DNA from: Mobula hypostoma
Lineage: Eukaryota
Reading direction: 5' to 3'
Assembly (NCBI RefSeq): GCF_963921235.1
Contig: NC_086109.1
Coordinates: 5,210,001 to 5,270,000 of the forward strand
Length of the DNA stretch: 60,000 bases
The notes beneath the pieces are model-generated. The model was not told the origin of the DNA, did no database searches, and saw nothing but the letters and a program-made list of their open reading frames with translations. Shown in pieces: positions 48,520-60,000 of this stretch. The first letter of the stretch is position 1, and the number at the start of each line of letters is the position of its first letter. A program made the position numbers and the translations under genes.

Positions 48520-51500
48520 TACATCCCCATATCTTGTTGAGTTTATGGAAAAGGTAGATGAACTTGCAGCACAGTTGCAGATTGGCAGGTATGATATTGT
48601 CAGCATCACTGAATCATGGCTGAAAGAAGATTACAGCTAGGAGCTTAATGTCCAAGAATACACATTATATTGAAAGGACAGGCAGGAAGGGAGAGGGAGT
48701 GGCATTGCTCTGTTGGTAAAAAATGAAATCAAATCATTAGAAATAGGTGACAGAGTCAGAAGGTGTTGAATTCTTGTGGATAAAGCTAATGAACTGCAAG
48801 GGTAAAAAAAACCCTGATGGGAGTTGTATACAGACCCCCGAAACAGTAGTAAGGATGTGGTCTACAAGTTAGAAAGGGGGGTGGGAAATGTCTGCCAAAA
48901 GGGCAATGTTACAATAGTCATGGGGGATTTCAATATGCAGTTAGATTGGGAAAATTGGTTGGTGTGGGATTCCAAGAGGGGGAATTTCTAGAATACCTAT
49001 GAGATGCTTTTTAGATCAGCTCATGGTGGAGCCCACTAGAGTATCAGCTATTCTGAACAGGGTGTTGTGCAAATAACTGGAATTGATTAGAGAGTTTAAG
49101 GTAAAAGAACTCTTAGGGGTAAGTGATCATAATATGATCCAGCAACACACATAAAAGTTGCTGGTGAACGCAGCAGGCCAGGCAGCATCTCTAGGAAAAG
49201 GTACAGTCGACGTTTTGGGCCGAGACTCTTTGTCAGGACTAACTGAAAGAAGAGTTAGTAAGAGATTTGAAAGTGAGAGGGGGAGGGGGAGATCCAAAAT
49301 GATAGGAGAAGACAGGAGGGGGAGGGATGGAGCCAAGAGCTGGACAGGTGATTGGCAAAAGGGATATGAGAGGATCATGGGACAGGAGGCCTAGGGAGAA
49401 AGAAAAGGGGGAGAGGGGCAAATAACCCAGAGGATGGGCAAGGGGTATAGTGAGAGGGGCAGAGGGAGAAAAAGGAGAGAGAGAAAAAGAATGTGTGTGT
49501 ATATAAATAAATATCGGATGGGGTACAAGGGGGAGGTGGGGCATTAGCATAAGTTTGAGAAGTCAATGTTCATGCCATCAGGTTGGAGGCTACCCAGACG
49601 GAATATAAGGTGTTGTTCCTCCAACCTGAGTGTGGGTTCATCTTTACAGTAGAGGAGGCCATGGGTAGACATATAATATCATCGAATTCACCTTGAAATC
49701 TGAGATGGAGAAGCTGAAGTCAGGTGTAACAGTATTACAGTGGAGTAAAGGGAATTACAGAGACATGAGAGAGGAGTGGCCACAATTGGTTGGAAAAGAA
49801 CACTGGCAGGGATGACGGCAGAGCAGCAATGGCTGGAATTTCTGGAAGCAATTCGGAAGGCACAGGATATATACATCCCAAAGAGCAAGAAGTATTCTAA
49901 AGGAAAGATGACACAACCATGGCTAACAAGTCAAAGCCAGCATAAAAGCTGAAGAGAGGGCATATAATAGAGCAAAGATTAGTGGGAAGTTAGAGGATTG
50001 CGAAGATTTAAAAACCAACAGAAAGCAACTAAAAAGTCATTAAGAAGGTAAAGGTGGAATACAAAAGCAAGCTAGACAATAATATTAAAGAGGATACCAA
50101 AGTTTCAGATACATAAAGTATAATAGAGTGGTTATCGGAGACGTACTAATGGGGACAAGGAAATGGTAGACGAACTGAATAAGTATTTTGCATCAGTCTT
50201 CACTGTGGGAGATATTAGCAGTGTGGTGGAAGTTCCAGGTGTCAGGGGTCATGAAGTGTGTGAAGTTACCATTACCAGAGAGAAGATTCTTAGGAAACTG
50301 AAAGGTCTGAAGGTAAATAAGTCATGTGGACCAGATTGTGTACGCCCCAGTGTTCTGAAAGAGGTGTCTGAAGAGATTGTGGAGGCATTAGTAATGATCT
50401 TTCAGGATCACTAGATTCTGGAAAGGTTCTGGAAGACTGGAAAATTGCAAACATCACTCCACTCTTCAAGAAGAGAGAGAGGCAGAAGAAAGGAAACTGT
50501 AGGCCAGTTAATCTGGCCTCAATGTTTGGAAAGATGTTGGAGTTGATTATTAAGGATGCGGTCTCAGGAGGCAAATGATAAAATAGGCCATAGTCAGCAT
50601 GGTTTCCTCAAGGGAAAATCTTGCCTGACAAATCTGTTGAAATTCTTTGAAGAAACACCAAGCGGGATAGACAAAGAAGAATTGGGTGACATTGCGTAAT
50701 TGAATTTTCAGAAGGCCTCTGACAAAGTGCCATGCATGAGGCTGCTTAACAAGCTATGAGCCCATGGTATTACAGGAAAGATTCTAGCGTGGATAAAGCA
50801 GTGACTGATTAGCAGGAGGCAAAGAGTGGGAATGAAGGGAGTCTTTTCTGGTTGGCTGCTGGGACTAGTGGTGTTTCACAAGGGTCTGTGTTGGGGCCAA
50901 TTCTTTTTACGTTATATGTCAATGATTTGGATGATGGAATTGATGGCTTTGTTGCAAAGTTTGCAGATGATACAGAGATAGGTGGAGGGCAGGTAGTTTT
51001 TAGGAAGTAGAAAGGCTGCAGGACAAACAGATTAGGAGAATGGGCAAAGAAATGGCAGATGAAATACAGTGCCAGGAAGTGTATGGTCATGCACTTTGGT
51101 AGAAGAAATGAAAAGGTTGACTCTTTTCTAAGTGGAGAGAAACTACAAAAAATGAGGCACAAAGGGACTTGGGAGTCCTTTGCAGGATTCCCTAAAGTTA
51201 ACTTGCAGGTTGAAACTGTGGTAAGGAAAGCAAATGTGATGTTAGCATTTATTTCAAGAGGACTAGAATATAAAAGCAAAGGTGTAATGTTGAGACTTTA
51301 TAAAGCACTGGTGAGACCTCACTTGGAGTATTGTGAGCACTTTTGGGCCCTTTATCTGAGAAAGGCTGTGCTGATTCCAGGTCTGAACGGCCTGTCATAT
51401 AAGAGTGTTTAATAGCTCTGGGCCTGTACTCACTAGAATTCAGAAGAATGAGGGGTGACCTCATTGAAACCTATTGAATGGTGAAAGGCCTTGACAGTGT

Positions 51501-51800
51501 GGATGTAGAGGGGATATTTCCTATGGTGGGAGAGGCTAAGACCAGAGGACACAGTCTCAGAATAGAGGGGTGTCCTTACAGAACGGAGATGAGGAATTTC
51601 TTCAGCCATGAGTGGTGAATCTGTGGCGTTCTTTGCCACAAGCAGCTACGGAAGCCAAGCCTTTCGCTATATTTCAGGCAGAGGTTGATAGATTCTTGAT
51701 TGGTCAGGGCATAAAGGGATACAGGGAGAAGGCAGGAGATTGAATCAGCCATGATGAAATGGCGGAGCAGACTCGATGGGCCAAACAGCCTAATTCTGCA
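48520..51800 (+). mobile_element. Old, near full ORF2-length CR1-clade LINE with many stops and frameshifts
   Basis: Endonuclease fragments (YDIVSITESWL, VYRPP, MGDFN, SDHN), RT fragments (NKYFASVFT, KFADDT, YKALVRPHLEYC) and a CR1-type 3' UTR. Confidence 0.9.
49140..49672 (-). mobile_element. Penelope-like element 3' end nested in CR1
   Basis: Reverse strand encodes HGLLYCKDEPTLRLEEQHLIFRLGSLQPDGMNIDFSNLC*, then a pyrimidine tract and a decayed hammerhead; duplication ataatat(g/c)atc at 49129 and 49673. Confidence 0.85.
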
Positions 51801-52644
51801 TTTCCAAAGGCACCGTGAGTGATCATGAAGAAGATGTCACTCATCTGAAGGAGAGGTGCGGCCCAGGAGGGATGAAGAAAGAAAATTGAAAAGGTTGAGC
51901 TGTAAGACCTTCCTCAAACTATTCTTACATTTTTCACCAATTCCAACTGCTGCCATAAATAAAGTTCAAAATTCAAAGTAAATTTATTATCAAAATACAT
52001 ATATGTCACCATATACAACCCAGAGATTCACTTTCTTGCAGGCAAACTCAATAAATCCATAATAGAATAATAACCATAATAGATTCAATGAAAGACTGTG
52101 TTTTGTATCTCGGCCCCAGAGGAACATTGTTTTGTTTGGCTGTATTCATGTGTAAGGTTGAATGACAATTAATCTTGAATTTGAACTACTCTGCTACCTT
52201 TGGTTTGTCAATGGACAGTTACACCTAACCCAGCACACAATCACTGCGGACACCACCCACCCAGCAAACTGCCTTTCCCCAAAAGCTCCCTTTGGCAAAG
52301 TGCTATAGGGCTATTAAAACAAAAACTTCACACCATCTTAAAAGCTTCTTCCCCAGGCAGTTAATCTCATCAACCATTAAGGCAGCCCCCACACGCCCCC
52401 CCCCCATATCTATTACCCCGTCACTGCACTGTACTATAAACACTTAAAACCGTTTTTATGACGATGTTTACATTGTAAATATATGCTGCCATTTATAGTG
52501 TTTTAGGGACACTTTATTTCATATCTGTACTTTCACTTCTACTTTTTTCTTACATAATTCAGCATCAAAATCAAGTCTAATATCACTGACATGTCATGAA
52601 ATTTGTTGTTTTGCAGCAGCAGTACAATGCAATACATTAAAATA

Positions 52645-52953
52645 AAGGCATCCGTTAGTCTTGCGAGACCATGGATCTGCACCTGGAAAGTCTTCACTCT
52701 CCAGGGCGCAGGCCTGGGCAAGGTTGTATGGAAGACCGGCAGTTGCCTATGCTGCAAATCTCCCCTCTCCACGACACCAATGTTGTCCAAGGGAAGGGCA
52801 TTAGGACCCATACAGCTTGGCACCAGTGTTGTCGCAGAGCAATGTGTGATTAAGTGCCTTGCTCAAGGACACACACGCTGCCTCGGCTGGGGCTTGAACT
52901 CACGACCTTCAGATCGCTAGTCGAACTCCTTAACTACTTGGCCACGTGCCCAC
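52645..52953 (-). mobile_element. tRNA-derived SINE
   Basis: A-box TGGCCAAGTAG, B-box GAGTTCAAGCC, GTGTCCTTGAGCAAGGCACTT segment; perfect 11-bp TSD acattaaaata at 52634 and 52954. Confidence 0.85.
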
Positions 52954-54704
52954 ACATTAAAATACTATGTTACAATAAGACTAATTATTTATAACTCTTT
53001 GTAATTGTTAAATGTTTTTGTTTTCTGTGCCTAAGAGTTTTGCACAATACTATAGTAATTTTATGCATTGCACAGTACCACTGCTGCAAAAAAAAACAAA
53101 TCTCACGGCATATGAGTGATGATAAACCTGATTCTGATATGGGTCTCAATTGTGGACTGAAGAGTGGGAAGGGGGCAGGGAGAGGGGAATCGTGGTTGGG
53201 AAAAGGGGAAGGGAGAGGGGAGGGGGCGGAAAGCACCAGCGAGACAATCTGTAATGATTAATAAACCAATTGTTTGGAATCAAATTGCTTTGCCTGGCGT
53301 CTCAGGTCCGGTGTGTCTGCATCTGTGCCAACTCCCGCTCCTGGCACTCCTCTGCCATCTGTCCCTCCCTTGCCATTCCCAACATGCTTTGCTCCTGCCA
53401 GATATACAGACTTGCTCTCCACTCCACGTTGACAAATCTAGTACCGTGCAAGTCTTGGGCACCCTAACTATAAATATGTGCTTCAGACTTTAGCACATGT
53501 ACTGTAAATGTACATGGTGAATAAAGCTGATCCTTGATAAAATCATTGCTTGCCAATGCAATAGATGTTGCGATAGCACCTGAAGAACATAGAAGAGTAC
53601 AACACAGTACAGGCCCTTTAGCCCATGATGAAGAAGCTTCATATCTTCCCATAAACCTGCTGGGAATTGTGAATGTCCAAGAGGAAGCTGGAACTGGTAA
53701 TGATGGAAGTATGAGGTGCAATAAAGCCTACAGTCTCTTTCAGGCAGTAAATGTCTTGACATTCTTTCAACTTAAACCTTTATTTTATTTAAATGTATAG
53801 CACGGTAAGAGATCCTTCCGACCGGGAATGACCCACTGTCCAATTACACCCATGTGACCAATTAACCTACTAACCCATACGTCTTTGGAATGTGGGAGGA
53901 AACCAGATCACCTGGAGGAAATCCATGTTGTCACGCAGCAAATGTACAAATTCCTTACAGACAGAGACAGAAAGTGAACCCTGGTCGCTGTACTAGTGTT
54001 ATGCTCGCCACTATGCTATCGTGTCTCCCTCCAAACCTCTTCAATATATCCTTAATTACATCATCATCATTATGTGCCTTGTCGTAAGACATGGGCTACT
54101 ATGGTCTTCATGACCATGATTGTTCTTGGCAATTTTTTCCACAGAAGTGGTTTTCCATTGCCTTTCTCTGGGCAGTGCCTTTACAAGAGGAGTAACCCCA
54201 GCGATTATCAATACTCTTCCAAGATTCTCTGCCTGGCGTAAATGATCCCATAACCAGGACTGGTGATATGCACCAGCTGCTCACCTAACCTTCCACCACC
54301 TGCTCCCATGGCTTGCCATGTCCCTGAGTGGGGGGCTAAGCAGATGCTCAACCTTGCCCAAGGTTGACTGCAGGCTAGCGGAGGGAAGGAACACCGTACA
54401 CCTCCTTTGGTAAAGATGTATCACCACACCACCACCCAATCCTTGATTTACTCCATCATTAGCATCCTAGTGTTAGATCCGAAGCTCAGGAATTCACTTC
54501 CCAAGTCTGTCCCTCTTCCTTCCTTTGCCCATCAAGCTTAATATCTCTTTATGAATCATTTCCTTTGACTATAACCATAAAACATATAACAATTACAGCA
54601 CAGAAACAGGCCATCTCGGCCCTTCCAGTCCGTGCCGAACTCTTACTCTTACTATGCTCTGTGACGCTGTATTTTTTGTGTCGAAGTGTTGCAGTGCATG
54701 ACAT

Positions 54705-55517
54705 TTACAACGTAATACAAGGCAGACACACTGCATCGGTGGAAATGCAGAGATCAGAGAAGGAGAGCTGCAGGTTAAAGTCTGACTGCAGGTCCCTATG
54801 CCACATCTCTACGGTGCTGTGTAAATCTGGGTAAAGGCTTTCTGGTACACTGAATGAGTACATTCGGTGTTTGAGGTTTTTACTGATTCTGGGACAAAAA
54901 GCAGAGATGGTGAAAGCCCGAAGTTGAGTCATGCCTAAGCAATTCTCAAAACTTTTGTTGAAATCAAACCAGTATGAAACAGGGAACCCAAGGAGGAAAC
55001 CAAACACTGTACAGAGGTTCCAGTCTGAACAGCAAATCTCACTGGTGGTAACAAAACCTGAATTACTTCTCCCTGTTTGAGTTACCAGGGATCTTAAGTG
55101 TTTACAAATAATATCCATCTGGGCTTTGACTTGATTTGACACCAATAACTCCGCTAATTGTGGGTCATCTTTATGCACAGAAACATCGATGATCCGAACA
55201 CCATTTTCTGGAAGAGCTCTTTCCAAGCGTCTGACAGTTCTGTCTAAATTTATTATTAAGATATTGTCTTGTATGCTGAGGATATGCAGGTCTTCGGAGA
55301 GAAGCCCCATTTTCTGCAGCTCCTGGACATATCTCTGGATCTGTTCTGCATTTGACAAGCAGTAATCAAACAAGAAAGCAGGCTTTAATCCACAATCTAC
55401 CGCTAGAACTTCAGCGAGGAGCTGCAAGCACCTCGATTCTGGAAAATTCTTCTTTTGGTTCATCCTTAAAGACTTCCGTGTCACAAAGATCAGTTGTTCC
55501 TTCTGTGCAGCCTCCAT
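54705..55517 (-). CDS. C1orf74: UPF0739 protein C1orf74 homolog (DUF4504), 270 aa, single coding exon
   Basis: Intact ORF from ATG 55517 (MEAAQKE); motifs AEVLAVDCGLKPAFLFDY, WNLCTVFGFLLGFPVSYWF, YSFSVPESL. Acceptor ttttAG at 55535-55534 precedes the ATG, so the track's 21-aa N-terminal extension is not real. Convergent with TRAF3IP3. Confidence 0.93.
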   Translation of the reverse strand: MEAAQKEQLIFVTRKSLRMNQKKNFPESRCLQLLAEVLAVDCGLKPAFLFDYCLSNAEQIQRYVQELQKMGLLSEDLHILSIQDNILIINLDRTVRRLERALPENGVRIIDVSVHKDDPQLAELLVSNQVKAQMDIICKHLRSLVTQTGRSNSGFVTTSEICCSDWNLCTVFGFLLGFPVSYWFDFNKSFENCLGMTQLRAFTISAFCPRISKNLKHRMYSFSVPESLYPDLHSTVEMWHRDLQSDFNLQLSFSDLCISTDAVCLPCITL

Positions 55518-55814
55518 TGTGGAAACAAGCACTCTAAAATACAAAAGAGACACAAGTAGACCAAGGAAAAATCTGTTCAACTGACAGGGAATATTAAGGA
55601 GATATTTTCTGCAAATATATCTAATACTGGGTGGCAGGGTGGAGATCTGTCTTTATCAAAGAAGGTGTAAGGTGCTCCTTCCCTCTGCTAGTCTGCAGGT
55701 CACCTTTGAGCAAGGTGCATCACCTGCTTAGCCTCTCCCCCTGAGCAGGGTCACATCAAGCCATGGGAGCAGGTAGGTGGATGGTCATGTGAACAGAAAA
55801 TCCTACAGTAGGTA

Positions 55815-56302
55815 ATGGATTCGGCCCACTACGTCACAGGTAAAGCCCTCCCAACATAAAACACTGTCGTAGGAAAGCAGCATCCATCATCAGAGATCCT
55901 CACCACCCAGGCCATGCTCTTTTCTCACTGCTGTCATCAGGTAAAAGGTACAAGAGCCTCAGGCTCACCAGGTTCAGGAGTTACTACCACTTAACCATCA
56001 GGCTCTTGAACAAAAGGAGATAACTACAGTTACTTGCCCATCCATTAAGTTGTTTCCATAATCAATAATCTTACTTAAAGGACTCTATATCTTGTTATTT
56101 CATGTTTAATTATTTATTCCTATTTCTTTATATTTGCAATTGCAGAGTTTGTTGTCTTCTGCAATTCTGTTCATCTTTCACTGAACCTGTTATAGTTACT
56201 ATTCTATAGATTTGCTGAGTATGCCCGCAGCAAAATGAGTCTCAGGGTTGTATGTGGTGACATTAAATGTACTTTGATAATAAATTTTACTTTTAACTTT
56301 GA
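55815..56302 (+). mobile_element. Rex1/Babar-like LINE 3' fragment (others about 1741, 5410, 7337, 11060, 14200, 17150, 24815, 28020)
   Basis: KAASIIRDPHHPGHALFSLLSSGKRYKSL-type peptide, AT-rich 3' UTR and (ACTTTG)n tail. Confidence 0.7.
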
Positions 56303-57859
56303 ACTGGTGCCAGTCACAAATCCTGGTTATGCGACCACTGATGCCAGGCAGACAATCTCTGAATATTGATAATGGCTGGAGTCACCAGTCTTGTAAAGAC
56401 ACTGCCCAGAAGAAGGCAATGGCAAGCCACTTCTGTTGAAAATTTTGCCAAGAATAATCATGGTCAAGACCATGATCGTATACATCACACAACTAGGCAC
56501 ATAATGATGATGATACCCAATATAATGATTACAGGGAGTAACTAAATGAGTGGTCTCAATAGAAGAACTATGTATTGTCTGAACTTCATGCAATACAAAT
56601 GTAAAAGGCAGCTCATCCAGAAGATTAACATCATGGATAAATAGTGAATTGGCTATTTGGATTCAGAAGTGGCTTGCCCATGGAACACAGAATGTAGTGG
56701 TCAAAGAGACTTGAGTCTAGCTGGAGGTCTGTGATTAGTGATGTTCCGCAGGGATCTCTGCTGTTGGCGATTATATGAATGACCTGGATGAAAATGCAAA
56801 TGGCTGGCTTCAAAGTTCAAACTAAATTTATTATCACTGTACATATATGTCACCATATACAGCCCTGAGATTCATTTTCTTGTGGGCAGACTCAACAAAT
56901 CTATAATAGAATAACAACTGTTACAGAATCAATGAAAGACAGGGCAGACAACCAGTGGGCAAAAGAGAACAAATTGTGCCAAAAAAAAAGGCATATGGAG
57001 TTTAACCCAACCAAATGTAAAGTGTCATACCTTTGTAGGTCAAATTAAAAGAGACTGTACACTGTTAAGACTGTTCAGGGGCAAACAGAGAGATCTTTGG
57101 TCAAGATCCTAGTTCCCTGAAAGTAGCCATACAGTTAATAGAGGGGTTAAAAAGGCACGAGATATTTTTACCTTTATCAGTTGAGGCACTGAGTTTAAAA
57201 GTCAGGGAGTTATGGATTATGCCTAAATTGGAGGGCATGTGCTATAGTGAGAGGTTGGACAAAGTTGGGTTGCTTTCTCTGGAGCGCCAGAAGCTGCGTG
57301 GAGATCTGTAAGGTTATGAGAGGCATAGAGTAGACAGGGAATATCTGTTTCCCAGGTTTGAAATGTCGAATATCAGTGGACATGTATTCAAGGTAAAATA
57401 CATTAGGAGTAAACCAAAAGGTGATGTGAGGGGCAAGTTTTGTTTTTACACATAAAGTGGTGGATGCCTGGAGTGTTCTGCCTGGGTGGTGGTAAAATGA
57501 GATAAGTTAGATGTTGAGATTGGCGCGTGGATATGAGGAAAATGGAAGGATGTGGACATTGTCTAGGGAGAAGGGATTAGTTTAGTTGGCCTTTTGATTA
57601 CTAATTTAACTGGTTCGGCACAACATTGTACAAGTGGCTGCGCGCTCCCGGACCTCAGGCTCCGGATGTGGATGTGCCCCCACGACACCACACACAAAAT
57701 GCTGGAGGAACTCAGCAGCCCAAGCGGCATTTATGGGAAAGAGTACAGTCGACATTACAGGCCGAAACCCTTCAGCAGTCCTGACCTGCTGAGTTTCTCC
57801 AGCATTTTGTGTGTGTGTGTGTGTCTGTGTGTTACTCGGATTTCCAGCATCTCTTGTTT

Positions 57860-58200
57860 GTGATTGAATATGCCCCCGTGCTGGGAGAAGGGAGGCGGGA
57901 TCGCCATGGCAACCGGGGCCGAGGTCGAGCGGTCTCCACGGAGGCCGTGGCCATCTCCAACGCGCCCCCCGCGCTCGCCCACCCGAGTCCCGTTCAGCCG
58001 CCTGACGCCACCGCGGAACTCACCGGCGCCGCAGCTCCAGCAGACAGCAGGCCGCGCGGGACACAGCGGAGAGGCCCGGAGTGGGCGCGACTTCCGCCAC
58101 CCGAGGCCCCGCCTAGCGCGCCTGGTCTGATGCGGAGAGGTGAGTGAGACTGCGGGAGGGAGAGCGGCACAGGGAGGGGTCAGGCACAAGGAGGGGGTTC
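57860..58200. promoter_or_regulatory. CpG-island promoter of C1orf74, probably bidirectional
   Basis: Sharp GC/CpG enrichment; minus-strand donor CCG|GTGAGT (58023-58018); plus-strand donor GAG|GTGAGT (58140-58145); ETS-type ACTTCCG at 58090, GC box at 58107, X-box-like ATCGCCATGGCAAC at 57900-57913. Confidence 0.75.
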
Positions 58201-59043
58201 AGGCGCAGGTAGCAGATCAAGTGCAAGGGAAGGCAAGCTCAGGGGAGGAGTGTTAGGTGCAAGGGAGGGAGTCAGGCACCGGGGTGGCGGGATCAGACTC
58301 AGGGAGGGTGGATCAGGTGTAAGGCAGGTGGGGGTCAGGCGCAGAGAGCCACGACATCAACACCTGCGGCAAAACCATACATTTTCCTTCAGGTTTGTGA
58401 ATGGACCTGAAATTGTGAGTGCACTGCCTCAGAAGAGAATGCCTCCTTATAGCAGAGATGGGGAATTTCTCTAGCCAGAGGGAGGTGAATCACTGACACA
58501 AACGACAGTAGAGGCCAAGTCATTGGCTATATTTAAAGCGGAGGTTGATAAGTTCTTGATTAAGTTGTCAAAGATTACAGAGAGAAAGCACAAGGATGGA
58601 GTTGAGAGGGATGTTAAATCAGCCTTGATAGAATGCTAGAGCAGATTCAATGGGCTGAATGGCCCGATTTTTTTCCTATATCATATGGTTTCATCTGCAG
58701 TATTTTACTCTTATAGAAGAAGCCTTGATACTTGTTATGTTGCAGAAGGTACAGTGTGTTGCTTAAAGTGTAAAGGTTTACAGCTGTTTATAAAAGTAAT
58801 TGCATAAGATTTAATTTGTGTACCGAATGACTACTGATCATTGGGTTTCATAGAATCCAAACTTTAATGGCAAAACTTGAAGAGATTGGTAGACATTGAC
58901 AATGTGTGATTTTGGAGACACAAGAGACCGTTGCTTGGATCTGGAGCAACAACAAAATGCTGGAGGAACTCAGCAGGCCGAAATTCTGCAGCTCATCAAG
59001 CTCATCACCACATTTAGTTGTAAATTTTTGTTATTCTTCAAAA

Positions 59044-59606
59044 TTGTAACATGCTGTAGGGTTTCACTGCTGTGTAACATGCTGTATGGTTTTGCTGATA
59101 ATATAATGGTTTCTCTGTAGCAGCAATGTTTAGGTTATGACTAGAGATAACAGGATTTGGAATGCTGTTGTTCTTTCTTGTAAGTCTGGAAGAGAGATTT
59201 TCGTGGTCTTTTTGCCAGGGAGAGATGAGAGAAGACGTGAATGGAGAGAGTTGGTAGACCACCGGATGAGGTGGACTTGGAGCGAGGGTCCGAAGGGCAG
59301 TGATGATCGGAGGAGCTTGATGGTGGACAATTAGCTTATCAGTGAGCTCCAACATTGCGCAATAGACTGTTTCATAAGATTGGGCCCTTTTTCTTTTTTT
59401 TTCGTTTTCTTTACTAACCATATAGTTAAAGTAAGAATTATAAAGCTTAATCATTTAATCGCATATTGTGTATTGTTTGTTATTTTGGGGTGCTGATTTG
59501 TAACGGGACACATCGTGCAGGATCCACCCAAACGAGATTTTTTAAGTTTGGCTGGGCCAGGGGCTGTCACCCCCTATATTTAGTCGTAGCCAAAGCGAGA
59601 GTTATA
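59044..59606. mobile_element. Possible solo LTR
   Basis: TGTAAC start and GTTATA end (imperfect inverted termini), internal ATTATAAA; no TSD seen. Confidence 0.3.
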
Positions 59607-59750
59607 AGTCTATAGCAATCTCTTCATGACTGTCTGATTCTGAATTTGCATAGCATCCTTCAGCTGGGCAAATGCAGGTGAACTTGTTGATTCCGTCTAC
59701 ACAAGTTGTTCCTGGTGGGCATGCGGGCGTTAAGTCACACTCATTGATAT
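59602..59750 (-). CDS. Probable terminal exon encoding a calcium-binding EGF-like domain; rest of the gene lies beyond the window
   Basis: Acceptor gttgttccAG at 59752-59751, phase 1 as typical for EGF exons; DINECDLTPACPPGTTCVDGINKFTCICPAEGC with six Cys and DINEC motif; TAA at 59604-59602. Confidence 0.75.
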
Positions 59751-60000
59751 CTGGAACAACAACAACAACATTAAAAGTAAATTTAAACTTCAGAGTAAAT
59801 TTATTATCAAGGCACATATATGTCATGATACAACTGCCCTGAGCTTAATTTTCTTGCCAGCATTCACAGTGAATACAAAGAAACACAATGGAATCAATGA
59901 AAAACTGCCCTTGACAAAGACAGCAAACAACTGATGTGCAAAAGACTACAAACTGTACTAATACATAACAAGAAACAATAATAAATAAATAAACAATAAA

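Noticed and set aside
52880..52953. tRNA-like sequence
   Set aside because: It is the head of a TSD-flanked SINE, not a stand-alone tRNA gene.
55518..55580. Signal-peptide-like N-terminal extension of C1orf74 (MNRFFLGLLVSLLYF...)
   Set aside because: It starts at a non-ATG codon and translates the intron polypyrimidine tract; the splice acceptor is at 55535-55534.
57906..58130. Short plus-strand ORF MATGAEVER... with a good Kozak context
   Set aside because: Low-complexity CpG-island translation with no recognisable domain; the ATG is the centre of the X-box-like palindrome and the stop precedes the donor.

Overview
Eukaryotic, repeat-rich vertebrate DNA, most likely from a cartilaginous fish (inferred from the HER1/CR1-type LINEs, V-SINEs and Penelope-like repeats). 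The window contains a complete 15-coding-exon TRAF3IP3 (T3JAM) gene on + (ATG 1244 to TGA 43281; 1668 nt, 555 aa; all introns GT-AG with consistent phases). It also contains the convergent single-coding-exon C1orf74/UPF0739 gene on - (54705-55517, 270 aa), fed from an apparently bidirectional CpG-island promoter near 58.0 kb, and a probable terminal exon of a calcium-binding-EGF-domain gene on - at 59.6-59.75 kb. Most other ORFs in the track are artefacts of transposon fragments (CR1, Rex1/Babar, Penelope-like, RTE-related, Tc1, hAT, SINEs) and minisatellites. The most notable non-gene signal is more than 15 intact or decayed minimal type-I hammerhead ribozyme motifs (AGTC-CTGAYGA-AGGG..CCC-GAAA-CGTC-GACT) at Penelope-like element ends, often as inverted pairs within a single insertion. 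Hammerheads in Penelope-like elements are a known association; their activity and any effect on this locus are untested. Gene identities come from remembered homology, not from a database search, and repeat boundaries are approximate.
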